From contig JABWCP010000034.1 of NCBI GenBank assembly GCA_013360215.1, forward strand, positions 1 through 29,712: a stretch of DNA of 29,712 nucleotides. The letters run 5' to 3'. The DNA comes from a bacterium (GTDB lineage Bacteria; CLD3; SB21). Shown piece after piece: positions 1-9,843 of this stretch. The translations under genes and the position numbers were made by a program. The notes under the pieces are model-generated. The model had not been told where the DNA came from and searched no databases. It saw only the letters and a list, made by a program, of their open reading frames with translations. The stretch's first letter is position 1. The number at the start of each line of letters is the position of its first letter.

Positions 1-2680
1 AGATCAGATACACATTCTGCTTCACCAGTACCGGCAGCGTGATGGCTTCATCCATCCCGGTACTTTCAAACTTTACGGTAATATTTTTTCGACCCAGTAA
101 ATCATGCGCAAAATTTTGCATCCGCAAATTCAAATCCGTGACCCGATCATTGCGCGCATCTATAGACCACACGATATCACTCATACTGGATATCACATTC
201 CGGCTGAGATCTCCGATTTTATCCAGCATCGGGATAGAATCATGCAGCGTTTTGCTTTCTTTGGCTAAATCGGAGTACATCGCGATTTTTGACAGATTGG
301 CACCGATATCGTCGTGCAGGTCGCTGGCAATTTTTACGCGCAACCGCTCCACCGCCAAAAGCCGGTTTACGCGATACTGATACACCCGCCATAAAATCAA
401 TCCGATGAGTACCAAAATCAGCAAGCGAAACCACCATGTCCGATACCACGGCGGTAAAATGCGAAACGTATAATTCGCTTCCCTTCCGATGACCCCATAT
501 ACATTCATCGCTCTTACTCTAAATGTATACTCCCCTTCATTCAAGTTCGTATATATCGCGCGGTTCTCACTGCTCCATGCTGTCCAATCGGCATCAAAAT
601 TCTGAAGTTTCCACGAAAACTGCAGATGTTTAGTGTCGAGAAAATACGAAGCCGCGAATTCGAATGTCAGATTGTTATAACGGAAATCAATTTTCAAATT
701 TTGATTTTCATAATTCGGCACGGGCATACCGGCATACAATACTGAATCGCCGCGCGTTTTTATCGTACGTATTTTGGCGTCAAAATTTTGCTTGAAATCA
801 TACCCGATACTCCGATCGTAACGGGATACACCGTCCGTTCCATAAACCCACAAATAGCGCCCGTCAATCATCATGCCCGTAGGATCAACTTCGGTATTGA
901 GAAAAATTGTCGAATCATAAGACCATAATTGTTCACTGAGCGGTCTGATATGATACAATGCTCCGGCTTTGACCCAATATCCGACACTGTCGGCTACAAT
1001 GAAAAACGTATTTCGTTTGCTACCGTTGATCATCGGCCCCAGCGTATTATCTTCCAATACGTTGATCAAACCATTTCTTTCTTCGAACCGGTATACCCCA
1101 CGCATGGTATTAGCCGCTAAATGGCCGAGATTATAATTCACATAGGTATATCCATCGTACGGCATGGCAACATATCTGTGATAGAAGTATTTCCCTTCAT
1201 GCGACATCATGATCAGAGCTGCACCTTTACTGACAAAACCCGCCCAGTACCGCAACGTGTCCTCTTGTTTTTCGCGAGATAAAACCAATGAAATTATTTC
1301 ATCATGAAAATCATACAATTTTTCACGCGCTTTTGTTTTTTTGTTCCAACGGATTAACTGATGTCGAGAAGTTGCTAGCAGCCAATCCGGATGCGTAGGT
1401 ACACTTTGGACATTTTGTGTAATAAAATCATTTTTGAATACTGTTTTAAATGCCGTATCAAGTAAAACAAACTCACCACCTTGCACCGCAAGATGCCCCC
1501 ACACCGTATCGAGCATTGTTATTCGAAAATTGATATCGGGTATACGCACCCATTCGGATAATAGCGGAGAGCGCGCATCTTTTTTTTCATAATACAATCC
1601 CTGAGTCGTACCCATCACCATACGCCCGCCGTACCGCAGCATCGTGGTCACAGATCCCTGAAATCCTTGGCCGTCACGACGTGTTCGTATCGGATTGTGC
1701 CAATCAAAAGATATGATACCGTTTTCGGAGCATAACCAGATGCTCCCGTCTTGGGCCTGATACGCCGATTTTATATTATTGGTCGGCAATCCGTCTGTCA
1801 TATCGGCCTGTACCAGCAGAAAGCCGGACGAATCCATCAATGCAATACCATGAGATGTACTGGTCAACAAATAGTTTCCATCTTTCAGTCGAATACATGA
1901 TGACGGAACAAAAGCACTAATATCAAATGAAGATTTGAAAACCTGCAAGGTTTCCGTCAGCGGATCATACACCAAGGGCTCGGATTTGGATGTAAGTAAA
2001 AGATATTGACCATTGCGCCAGGGCACGATGCTCGAAACACGCCGCTCGCCGAGCGATTCAGAATTTTTTAAAATGGAAAACTCGAGACTTTGCCGATTGA
2101 GTACATAAATGCCTTCTCCCGGAATCGGCGCCCAAATCGTATTACCGACTTTAAAAATAAGGCGGAATCCTTTTTTTCTTTTCAATAACTTCGTTTCGCC
2201 AAGATGATAGCGTATCACACCGGCAAACGAACCAAAATAAACCTCATCATCTAATATTATCGTATTCCACACCTGCGTAATACCGTTGATCGAATCACGT
2301 AGACCTGTTGATAGTGAATAAAATTGATACATGCCGACCGTATCCGCTTTCAAAAAACCCCAATCGGAATGACCGCCTACCCAAATCGTACCCGTTTCAC
2401 TAACGTCAATCGAAAATGCACCTCCCGGAATATCAAGCTGCGTTTTGCGCCATCGCTGTCCGTCAAACTGCAACACATAACCCGGTCCGCCGTTGGCAAA
2501 CAGCATGACGCCGTCATGCGCTTGTACGGCACGCCAAACCTGTTGAAAACCTTCATAGGCTTTGGGGGGATAATAAATAAAGTCAGGTAACCCGAAACGC
2601 GATTGGGCGCGAATCGGGTTTAGTATGATTAGACCAAAAATTAATACGGTTAATGCACTGTACCGACGAAAATAGTTCAT
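1..2680 (-). CDS. Sensor histidine kinase, partial. The start codon is in the window and the C-terminus runs off the left edge. Periplasmic two-component-regulator beta-propeller repeats, Y_Y_Y domain, one TM helix, HisKA_3 H-box.
   Basis: ATG at 2680-2678 on the - strand. The frame stays open to position 1, which is why it is absent from the ORF track. The N-terminus reads MNYFRRYSALTVLIFGLIILNPIRAQS, a signal peptide. A long WD/propeller-like repeat region is followed by ...EGEYTFRVRAMNVYGVIGREANYTFRILPPWYRTWWFRLLILVLIGLILW (Y_Y_Y end plus TM). Then comes VERLRVKIASDLHDDIGANLSKIAMYSDL, an H-box of the NarL-type HisKA_3 family. The HATPase part lies outside the window. Confidence 0.8.
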   Translation of the reverse strand, partial: MNYFRRYSALTVLIFGLIILNPIRAQSRFGLPDFIYYPPKAYEGFQQVWRAVQAHDGVMLFANGGPGYVLQFDGQRWRKTQLDIPGGAFSIDVSETGTIWVGGHSDWGFLKADTVGMYQFYSLSTGLRDSINGITQVWNTIILDDEVYFGSFAGVIRYHLGETKLLKRKKGFRLIFKVGNTIWAPIPGEGIYVLNRQSLEFSILKNSESLGERRVSSIVPWRNGQYLLLTSKSEPLVYDPLTETLQVFKSSFDISAFVPSSCIRLKDGNYLLTSTSHGIALMDSSGFLLVQADMTDGLPTNNIKSAYQAQDGSIWLCSENGIISFDWHNPIRTRRDGQGFQGSVTTMLRYGGRMVMGTTQGLYYEKKDARSPLLSEWVRIPDINFRITMLDTVWGHLAVQGGEFVLLDTAFKTVFKNDFITQNVQSVPTHPDWLLATSRHQLIRWNKKTKAREKLYDFHDEIISLVLSREKQEDTLRYWAGFVSKGAALIMMSHEGKYFYHRYVAMPYDGYTYVNYNLGHLAANTMRGVYRFEERNGLINVLEDNTLGPMINGSKRNTFFIVADSVGYWVKAGALYHIRPLSEQLWSYDSTIFLNTEVDPTGMMIDGRYLWVYGTDGVSRYDRSIGYDFKQNFDAKIRTIKTRGDSVLYAGMPVPNYENQNLKIDFRYNNLTFEFAASYFLDTKHLQFSWKLQNFDADWTAWSSENRAIYTNLNEGEYTFRVRAMNVYGVIGREANYTFRILPPWYRTWWFRLLILVLIGLILWRVYQYRVNRLLAVERLRVKIASDLHDDIGANLSKIAMYSDLAKESKTLHDSIPMLDKIGDLSRNVISSMSDIVWSIDARNDRVTDLNLRMQNFAHDLLGRKNITVKFESTGMDEAITLPVLVKQNVYLI

Positions 2681-2740
2681 GAAAAACAACCCATTCGGTG
2701 AATAACATATTAATGTAGGTATCCGCACGTATCATTGCTA

Positions 2741-2758
2741 CAGATTTTGCCCTACATC
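2741..2758. promoter_or_regulatory. Palindromic ATGTAGG motif pair (CCTACAT-cata-ATGTAGG) in the sensor-kinase upstream region
   Basis: Perfect inverted repeat. A further ATGTAGG lies at 2703-2709. The same heptamer recurs at 4654-4660 (CCTACAT) and 4686-4692 in the next intergenic region. Confidence 0.35.
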
Positions 2759-2864
2759 ATAATGTAGGAGTTATTCGAAGATAAAAAAAAACCAGCATCA
2801 TTGCAGGGCTTCGAAGTTATAAAACATTTCCGGAATGTAATTAATATTTTCAAAAAAACTGACT

Positions 2865-4487
2865 TCACTTTACAGCTTTACTTAACCAAACATTATTAAA
2901 TCGTCGCACAGACGACGCGTAGGTTTGGAAATTCCTTACTCTTGCAGATAAAGGTACGTAGGCTATCGAATGCGCTAATGGTATAAAAGGAAGGTCGTCA
3001 TTAAACAGTTCGCAAGCTTTGTTATATATTACGGCACGGCTCCGCGTATCTAATGTTTTTCGTCCTTGATCAATCAAAACATGCATGGCATCACTATCAT
3101 AAAAAGAAGTATTTGTTGACAAATTCCCCTCCACAACGCTCTTATCAAGTAAGGGATGAAAAAAGAAATGCGGATCCGGCGCATCACCGATCCACCCCGA
3201 TATACTCATGTCATACTCACCTTTTTTTCTACGCTCAAGAAATTCTTTCCATTCGGTAACGACAATTTGCACGTCAATGCCGATTACCGAAAGATCACGC
3301 TTAATCAACTCGGCTGCAAGTTGCCCATTCGGCATATATTCACGGGGGATAGGAATAGGCCACAGAGTACACCGAAATCCATCCGGATAGCCCGAAGTTT
3401 TCATAAACTTTCGTGCCGCTATCGGATCGTATTTTGTCATAGGAATATTATTATTATATCCCAAAACTTGCGGAGGTATAGGATTTTTTGCGATCCGCCC
3501 GTTGTCACCATATACCGCGGTAATGATCTCTTCACGGTTTATCGCATGCGCTATAGCTTTGCGTACATTTTCATCTTTAAAAAAAGATCGCTTAAGATTC
3601 ATTGCAAGATAAGCGATATTCATACCAAAAGATTGAACCATCTTAACCTTAGACGTATCGTACGCACGATGAATGACGTTTTTAGGCGGCGCATCAGCAA
3701 TGTCAAGAGAACCGCTCAACATCATTTTCCAGCGGGTTTCGACATCCGGAATCGTTTGAAAAATAAGAGAATCAATATACGGTGGTCCCGCCCAATAAGC
3801 TTTGTTTGAGCGAAGTACAACTCTATCGGCATCCCAGTAGCTAAATCGAAATGGTCCCGTTCCAACCGGATTTTTTGAAAATTCTTGGCGGGTCAAACTC
3901 ACAGACTCCGGGCTTACAACCGACATAAAATTCAGTGTCAACAATCCGAGAAACGTTGCATCCGGTTCATGCAACGTAATACGAAATGTTGAATCATCCA
4001 CCGCTTCCATACTTCGTACAATACGATCCATTCCAAAATTTTTCCAATCTTCAAACACTACCGATTCGCTTGCCGAGCCTTGCTTTTGCCTCAAAAAAGA
4101 AAACAAAACCGACGATGCCGTCAACTGCGTACCATCATGAAAACGGATACCCTGCCGCAGTTGGAAGGTATAAACTTTTCCATCCGAAGACACATCCCAG
4201 GAATGAGCCAAAGCAGGTTTGATACCGACGCGGCCTGGGATTTGCTCGACAAGACCATCAAATATATTTGCGATAATGACGGATGACTCCGTTTCTCCGG
4301 ATTGCGCCGGGTCGAGAGTAATGGGATGCCCGCTTTTTCCATATACTAAGGCCCCGCCGTATTCTGGTTTTTTGTCTGATTGCATTTCATTACTGGCGGA
4401 TGGTCCGCACGCAGATATGCTGCATATCACTAAAACGGATAGTACAACAAGGCGAACAAGAAAAGTTGTTTTATTAACTGTAAACAT
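2865..4487 (-). CDS. ABC transporter substrate-binding lipoprotein, family 5 (oligopeptide/dipeptide/nickel-type, OppA/DppA-like)
   Basis: 540 aa. Signal peptide with lipobox (LVICSISAC). Family-5 SBP motifs (…GGALVYGKSGHPITLDPA…, length ~540). Upstream intergenic region has paired ATGTAGG motifs. Confidence 0.8.
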   Translation of the reverse strand: MFTVNKTTFLVRLVVLSVLVICSISACGPSASNEMQSDKKPEYGGALVYGKSGHPITLDPAQSGETESSVIIANIFDGLVEQIPGRVGIKPALAHSWDVSSDGKVYTFQLRQGIRFHDGTQLTASSVLFSFLRQKQGSASESVVFEDWKNFGMDRIVRSMEAVDDSTFRITLHEPDATFLGLLTLNFMSVVSPESVSLTRQEFSKNPVGTGPFRFSYWDADRVVLRSNKAYWAGPPYIDSLIFQTIPDVETRWKMMLSGSLDIADAPPKNVIHRAYDTSKVKMVQSFGMNIAYLAMNLKRSFFKDENVRKAIAHAINREEIITAVYGDNGRIAKNPIPPQVLGYNNNIPMTKYDPIAARKFMKTSGYPDGFRCTLWPIPIPREYMPNGQLAAELIKRDLSVIGIDVQIVVTEWKEFLERRKKGEYDMSISGWIGDAPDPHFFFHPLLDKSVVEGNLSTNTSFYDSDAMHVLIDQGRKTLDTRSRAVIYNKACELFNDDLPFIPLAHSIAYVPLSARVRNFQTYASSVRRFNNVWLSKAVK

Positions 4488-4640
4488 GGATTCACTCCTG
4501 ATTTCAGACGGTGTGTACCAATGAATACCGTCAAAAAAAGTTTTGTGTGGATGGATATAGTGCAGAACCGAAATTACTACTGCATATCAATGATAAAAAA
4601 TTCGATCCTCTAGCGCACCTCCATGAAAATGTAGTATATT

Positions 4641-4674
4641 GCAATAATAAAGCCCTACATCTCTGCAGGGCTTT
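4641..4674 (-). terminator. Putative rho-independent terminator downstream of the BNR-repeat gene
   Basis: On the - strand: AAAGCCCT-gcagagatgt-AGGGCTTT, an 8-bp perfect stem, followed by UUAUUAUUG. It sits 25 bp after the stop codon of the 4699..7878 gene. Confidence 0.5.
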
Positions 4675-4698
4675 GGCCTAAAAATATGTAGGACTCTA

Positions 4699-7600
4699 TT
4701 ACTTTTTCGTATCAATATTAATCGCCGGAAGCGTTTGCAAAGATGCTTCCGAGTTAAATCGTGGAATTTCTTTTTCTAAAATCGGCTTCAATTGAGCAAG
4801 CCATCGATCCGCTTTAGCTCGAATATCTTCGTAAACCGCGTATTGCGCATCGGTAGGACGCACATCCGCCGATGCGACATCCGCCGCCAAGGCCGCCAGT
4901 TTGTTATTAAGTCGCATCGGATAATTAAGTACATCCTGGCTGCTTTTGATTTTGGTTTGTATCAATTCGTTTTCGATCGCTGAAAGCGAATCCTGAATCG
5001 GCTTGGCCGATTTTTTCATAGCCGTCGCACTCGTCGAATCTTTGATACGGTTCAGATAATCCGTTATTTGTTTTTGTACATCTCGAATCCGATTAACGGC
5101 TTCATGAACCTCGTTGAGTTTTTTATGAATTCCACTGATAAGTTCAAATTGTTTTTTTAAATCTTCCGGCGATGTGTCCACACGAGGATCTTTGAGAATT
5201 TCAAATTTCTCCGTCCATGATTGCGAACCGATATGCATGCGCACTTGATATGTACCGGGTACGACTTTGGGACCTCTGATATTACCGCCCCACATGATCG
5301 CTCCGGCCACTTCCGCGGCATCCGGATAACGCATATCCCACACAAAGCGATTCATCCCTGAATCGGCAGGAACTACATCCATTCGTTTTTCTTTTTTCTT
5401 CTCGTAGAATTCTTTTGAACTCTCGATCGTTTTGCCTTTTTTATCTTTTTTGCTGGAGTAAGCGGTTATAAGATTACCCTCGGCATTCAAAAACTCGAGT
5501 CTTACTTCTTCCTTCGGCGGTTCTTTTAAATAATAATTAATCAATACACCGTTGGGAGGATTAGTCCCTACAGGAACACCGGGTTCGCTGTATTGAAATC
5601 CGTCCATGCGGTACGCGTCTCGCGGTTTGTAAAGCAATCCCGCTTGTTTGGCCCACGCATCCGCGATCTGATGGAGCGGTGTCAGATCGTCTAAGATCCA
5701 AAATGAACGCCCGTGTGTCGCCACGACAAGATCTTTTTCCCGCGTTTGTACGGCCATATCGTGAATCGGGACCACGGGAAGATTGAGTTGCAACGATTGC
5801 CAGGATTCACCGTCGTTGAATGACACAAACATGCCCGTTTCCGTGCCGGCATACAATAAACCCGAACGGAACGGATCGGCGCGAATCACACGCGTAAATG
5901 CACCGTTCGGAATTCCCTGCGTAATACGTTTCCATGTTTTGCCGTAATCCGTAGTTTTAAAAAGATATGGTTGCAGATCGTCAAACTTGTACCGCGTCGC
6001 CGCCACATAACAAACGCCGCCATCCATATACGACGGTTCGATTATGCTGATAAGGCCTTCGGGAAAATCTTTGGGCGTCACATTGTTCCATGTCGCACCA
6101 TGATCACGACTGATATGTATCAAACCGTCATCACTCCCGGCCCAAAGAACTCCTTTTTCTTTGTACGATTCCGCCAGCGAAAAAATCGTATTGTAATATT
6201 CGACACTGGTGTTGTCTTTGGTGATCGGTCCGCCGGACGATAGTTGTTTAGATTTATCGTTGCGCGTAAGGTCACCGCTGATGACCGTCCAGCTCTGGCC
6301 CTCATCCGTTGAGCGAAATACGCACTGCGCCGTTACATATAGCGTATTTTTATCGTGCGGTGAAAAAACAATCGGGTACGTCCATTGGAAACGATATTTT
6401 TGATCAGCGGCACCCGCACCGATCGGATTGTCAGGCCATACGGCAATGTTCCGTTCCTGTTTTGTGGCCGCGTCCAATCGTGTAAGGTATCCTCCGTAGC
6501 TTCCTCCGAAAGTCACCGTCGGCTTCGACGGATGGGCAACGACATAACCGCTTTCTCCTCCTGCGACGATACTCCAATCGGCGAAGTCAATGCCGTAACT
6601 CGTGGTACGACTGCTGATACGAACGGTACTATTGTCTTGTTGAGCACCGTAGATGTTATATGGAAATTGATTATCCACGGATACATGATAAAACTGCGCT
6701 GTCGGAATATCCAAATCGGTCCACGATACACCGCCGTTGTAGCTTACCGCGGCCCCGCCGTCATCAGCGATGATCATTCGTTCCGAATTACGAGGATCAA
6801 TCCACAAATCGTGATGATCGCCGTGTTTGGTTTCAAAATTTTTAAACGTTCGCCCGCCATCCACGGATTTGAAAAACTGTACATTGAGCGCATATACCGA
6901 TTCCGAATTGACAGGATCGGCATAAATATGCGAATAATACCATGCCCGCTGGCGCAAATTTCGTTCTTCATTGGTGCGCCGCCATGTCTGACCACCGTCA
7001 TCCGATCTGAAAACACCGCCGTTATCATTTTCGATACATGCCCACACGAGTCCGTCTTTGACAGGTGAAACGGAAATACCGATTTTTCCGATCACGCCTT
7101 TAGGCAAGCCGGGATATTTTGAAATATCCGTCCACGTTTCGCCGCCGTCGGTTGATTTATACAACCCCGAACCCGAACCTCCGCTGGTCATGCTCCACGC
7201 ATTGCGATGAGCTTCCCATAACGCCGCATATACGATGCGTGGATTGCGCGGATCAAGCGCCACTTCGACCGCGCCGGTTTTATCGTCTTTGTATAAAGTT
7301 TGTTTCCACGTTTTTCCGCCGTCGGTTGTTTTATAAATTCCGCGCTCTTTATTGATACCAAAAATATGTCCCATTGCGGCGACTAAAACGAAGTCGGGAT
7401 TCTGCGGATGTATCGCAATGCCGCCGATAAACTGCGTTTCTTTCAAACCGGTATGCGACCAGGTTTTGCCGGCATCAAGCGATTTGTAAATACCGTCGCC
7501 CGGCGTAATATTACCGCGAATGCACGTTTCGCCCATCCCGGCATAGATCACATTAGGATCCGATTCTGCTACGCTTAACGCACCGACCGCGCCGGTTTTA

Positions 7601-7878
7601 AAAAATCCGTCCGATACATTGAGCCACGTAATACCGCCGTCTGTCGTTTTCCATACACCGCCGCCCGTTGCGCCAAAATAAAAGGTCAACGGATCGCGCG
7701 CGTCACCGGCAACCGCGACGGAACGGCCTCCGCGAAACGGACCGATTTGGCGCCATTCCATAGATTTGTACAACCCGGGTTCCATGCCGCTTGGCACGTC
7801 CGTTTTTTTCTGTGTGAAAAGAAACCCCGGCATCAGGATCATTAGCATACCGACAAAACACACATGTTTCCGATTCAT
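4699..7878 (-). CDS. Secreted BNR/Asp-box repeat protein (sortilin/VPS10-like beta-propeller, putative glycoside-hydrolase-like) with a C-terminal coiled-coil region
   Basis: 1059 aa. N-terminal signal peptide. Many S/TxDxGxTW Asp-box repeats (TTDGGITW, SLDAGKTW, TTDGGKTW, STDGGETW, SDDGGQTW, SVDGGRTF, STDEGQSW, SRDHGATW, TTDYGKTW, FNDGESW). The C-terminal ~150 aa are charged/helical. Confidence 0.75.
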   Translation of the reverse strand: MNRKHVCFVGMLMILMPGFLFTQKKTDVPSGMEPGLYKSMEWRQIGPFRGGRSVAVAGDARDPLTFYFGATGGGVWKTTDGGITWLNVSDGFFKTGAVGALSVAESDPNVIYAGMGETCIRGNITPGDGIYKSLDAGKTWSHTGLKETQFIGGIAIHPQNPDFVLVAAMGHIFGINKERGIYKTTDGGKTWKQTLYKDDKTGAVEVALDPRNPRIVYAALWEAHRNAWSMTSGGSGSGLYKSTDGGETWTDISKYPGLPKGVIGKIGISVSPVKDGLVWACIENDNGGVFRSDDGGQTWRRTNEERNLRQRAWYYSHIYADPVNSESVYALNVQFFKSVDGGRTFKNFETKHGDHHDLWIDPRNSERMIIADDGGAAVSYNGGVSWTDLDIPTAQFYHVSVDNQFPYNIYGAQQDNSTVRISSRTTSYGIDFADWSIVAGGESGYVVAHPSKPTVTFGGSYGGYLTRLDAATKQERNIAVWPDNPIGAGAADQKYRFQWTYPIVFSPHDKNTLYVTAQCVFRSTDEGQSWTVISGDLTRNDKSKQLSSGGPITKDNTSVEYYNTIFSLAESYKEKGVLWAGSDDGLIHISRDHGATWNNVTPKDFPEGLISIIEPSYMDGGVCYVAATRYKFDDLQPYLFKTTDYGKTWKRITQGIPNGAFTRVIRADPFRSGLLYAGTETGMFVSFNDGESWQSLQLNLPVVPIHDMAVQTREKDLVVATHGRSFWILDDLTPLHQIADAWAKQAGLLYKPRDAYRMDGFQYSEPGVPVGTNPPNGVLINYYLKEPPKEEVRLEFLNAEGNLITAYSSKKDKKGKTIESSKEFYEKKKEKRMDVVPADSGMNRFVWDMRYPDAAEVAGAIMWGGNIRGPKVVPGTYQVRMHIGSQSWTEKFEILKDPRVDTSPEDLKKQFELISGIHKKLNEVHEAVNRIRDVQKQITDYLNRIKDSTSATAMKKSAKPIQDSLSAIENELIQTKIKSSQDVLNYPMRLNNKLAALAADVASADVRPTDAQYAVYEDIRAKADRWLAQLKPILEKEIPRFNSEASLQTLPAINIDTKK

Positions 7879-7999
7879 AGATTCCTCACTATGCGTTGGG
7901 TTATTACTTACTCATATCGAATGATTGATTTGACGTTTCCGCGTTTAACCAAGCAGTCATCAGGTTTCTTGTCTTTACAAAATAAAAAAGCAAGAAAAC

Positions 8000-8815
8000 C
8001 TACAGCATGATCGCAGCTATTTCCTTAAATACTTTTGCCGCTACCATATCTGTCATGCCATGGGAATCCATTTCCGGGTTGTATTCGACAATGTCGGCGC
8101 CGATGATATCGGCATTAAGTGATTGGATGATACTTAACACTTCCCGCGTGGAAAGCCCTCCGGGTTCGCGATGAGATATACCCGGAGCAAAAGCAGGATC
8201 AAGGCAATCCATATCAAAACTAATATAAAGAGGAGAATCCCATCGTACATCAAAAATATCACGCCAGCGTTGCATCGTAAGAACCTCCACACCAAAACGC
8301 TGTGCTTGCGCACGTTGATGTCCATTGATGGTGCGAATTCCAACCTGCACCAGACGCTTCGCCAAACCCGACTCCATGATTCGTGCAAAGGGACTGGCGT
8401 GCGAATGCGGGTTGCCCTCGAAGTCCTCATACAAATCAGGATGTGCATCAAAGTGAAGAATGCTGAGATTACGATGCGTTTTCGCTGCCGCTTTGACCAG
8501 CGGAAAAGTCACGGAATGATCGCCGCCAAAGGCAATGACCTTCAAACCGGATTCATAAAGTTGACCGGCTGCACGTTCCGTCTCCGCAAGCAATTGCGAC
8601 GGCTCCGGCGTTATATCTCCCATATCCGTAAAAATGCCTTCGGCACCAAGATTCATTTCATTTTCACTCCAAAGATTGGAGGAATCGCAAAAGAATGCGT
8701 TGCGGATCCGCTGCGGAGCGCCCGCTGCGCCACGTTGGTAGGATGAGTTTTGATCAAATGCCACGCCTAATAAACCGATGCGTCCGGCTGACGGAAATAC
8801 GGGAAAAGCGTTCAT
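8000..8815 (-). CDS. Arginase/agmatinase/formiminoglutamase-family ureohydrolase (Mn-dependent). Substrate cannot be assigned from the sequence alone.
   Basis: 271 aa. Metal-binding motifs of the arginase fold: GGDHSVTFP, HFDAHPDL, SFDMDCLDPAFAPG. Confidence 0.75.
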   Translation of the reverse strand: MNAFPVFPSAGRIGLLGVAFDQNSSYQRGAAGAPQRIRNAFFCDSSNLWSENEMNLGAEGIFTDMGDITPEPSQLLAETERAAGQLYESGLKVIAFGGDHSVTFPLVKAAAKTHRNLSILHFDAHPDLYEDFEGNPHSHASPFARIMESGLAKRLVQVGIRTINGHQRAQAQRFGVEVLTMQRWRDIFDVRWDSPLYISFDMDCLDPAFAPGISHREPGGLSTREVLSIIQSLNADIIGADIVEYNPEMDSHGMTDMVAAKVFKEIAAIML

Positions 8816-8962
8816 ATTGGCCTCGTGACTTCACAGGAATGTTTTATAAATTTTTTTAGTGTACGGAGCACCCATACGCACGCGTAAAGTTAAACGCGTA
8901 CAATGATGTGTGTTTTATTTTTCATAGTTGGTTTTTTTCCCTTCAAAGCGTATCATACACCC

Positions 8963-9763
8963 ATGTGCCGATTAGTTTTATACAAAGGCCCGGCAATATC
9001 GCTAGGTCACCTGCTTCACACACCGAAGCATTCAATCATCAAACAAAGTTATGAAGCGCGGGAGATGCTGCGCGGAACAACCAACGAAGACGGATTCGGA
9101 CTGGCGTGGTATGCGCCGCATTGGTCCGACGAACCCGCCGTTTATCGCAGTATCCAACCGATCAGCAATGATGTCAACATGCATACGATGGCCGGCAAAA
9201 TAAGTTCGGACATCATTTTGGCGCATGTACGCGGCGCTTCCGAAGGTATGCCCGTCGCGATCACCAATACGCATCCTTTTGGTTGGCAACGTTATGCTTT
9301 TATGCACAACGGCGCCGTGGATGAATTTCGCTCACGGTTTTTTCCGGAATTATTCAACGATATTCATCCTTCGCTTTGGCCGCACATCAAAGGCAATACC
9401 GATTCCGAACATGTTTTCGGATTATGGTTAAGTTACCTTGGTTTAGATAAGAATGCGTCGTTGCATGAACAAGTATCGGCGCTTCGTCGCACATTTCAGC
9501 GATTGGAAACCATCGCACAAACACAAAACTTAGACATCGTATTGAATATCGGAATTTCCGACGGACAGAACATCATTGCCGCACGGTTTCATTACGGAAG
9601 CCGCAAAGCTACATTGTATTACAATGACCATCTCACGTTATTTCCCGATGCTGTGATGATCGCATCCGAGGCGCAAACCGATGATGCAGGATGGAAACCC
9701 GTACCCGAACGCAGTATCCTCACAATTACTTCAAATAACATCCTTCACATTGAAGCATTTTAA
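8963..9763 (+). CDS. Class II (Ntn-type) glutamine amidotransferase, YafJ/EgtC-like
   Basis: The ORF-track start at 8903 adds 20 hydrophobic residues. The internal Met at 8963 gives an MC... N-terminus (MCRLVLYKGPAISLGHLL), as required for the Cys-2 nucleophile of Ntn amidotransferases. GFGLAWY and HVRGAS motifs are present. Confidence 0.7.
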   Translation: MCRLVLYKGPAISLGHLLHTPKHSIIKQSYEAREMLRGTTNEDGFGLAWYAPHWSDEPAVYRSIQPISNDVNMHTMAGKISSDIILAHVRGASEGMPVAITNTHPFGWQRYAFMHNGAVDEFRSRFFPELFNDIHPSLWPHIKGNTDSEHVFGLWLSYLGLDKNASLHEQVSALRRTFQRLETIAQTQNLDIVLNIGISDGQNIIAARFHYGSRKATLYYNDHLTLFPDAVMIASEAQTDDAGWKPVPERSILTITSNNILHIEAF

Positions 9764-9843
9764 AAGCTTCACTCCAATTTAAACCTGTAATACAATGCCT
9801 GGCCAAATGTACGTTGGTTAGGCGCGATATTTTTCGAAGCCTT

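Noticed and set aside
3053-7355. Numerous 60-227 aa ORFs antisense to or embedded in the SBP and BNR genes (e.g. 3156..3809 +, 6385..7068 +, 5971..6243 +)
   Set aside because: They are fully nested within long, motif-rich ORFs on the other strand and have low-complexity, Arg-rich translations typical of antisense frames of GC-rich coding DNA.
7953-7993. Hairpin AGGTTTCTTG…CAAGAAAACCT downstream of the arginase-family gene as a terminator
   Set aside because: The stem is good (~10 bp), but the loop is 19 nt and there is no U-tract on the transcribed (-) strand. Left uncalled.
8903-8962. N-terminal extensions suggested by the ORF track (8903 for the GATase; 10393-10491 for the FMN reductase; 19456 for the dehydratase)
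   Set aside because: The extensions are non-conserved and hydrophobic or basic. The internal Mets give canonical N-termini (MC… for the Ntn hydrolase, MHIVLFLGS for the flavodoxin fold) or remove a 62-nt overlap.
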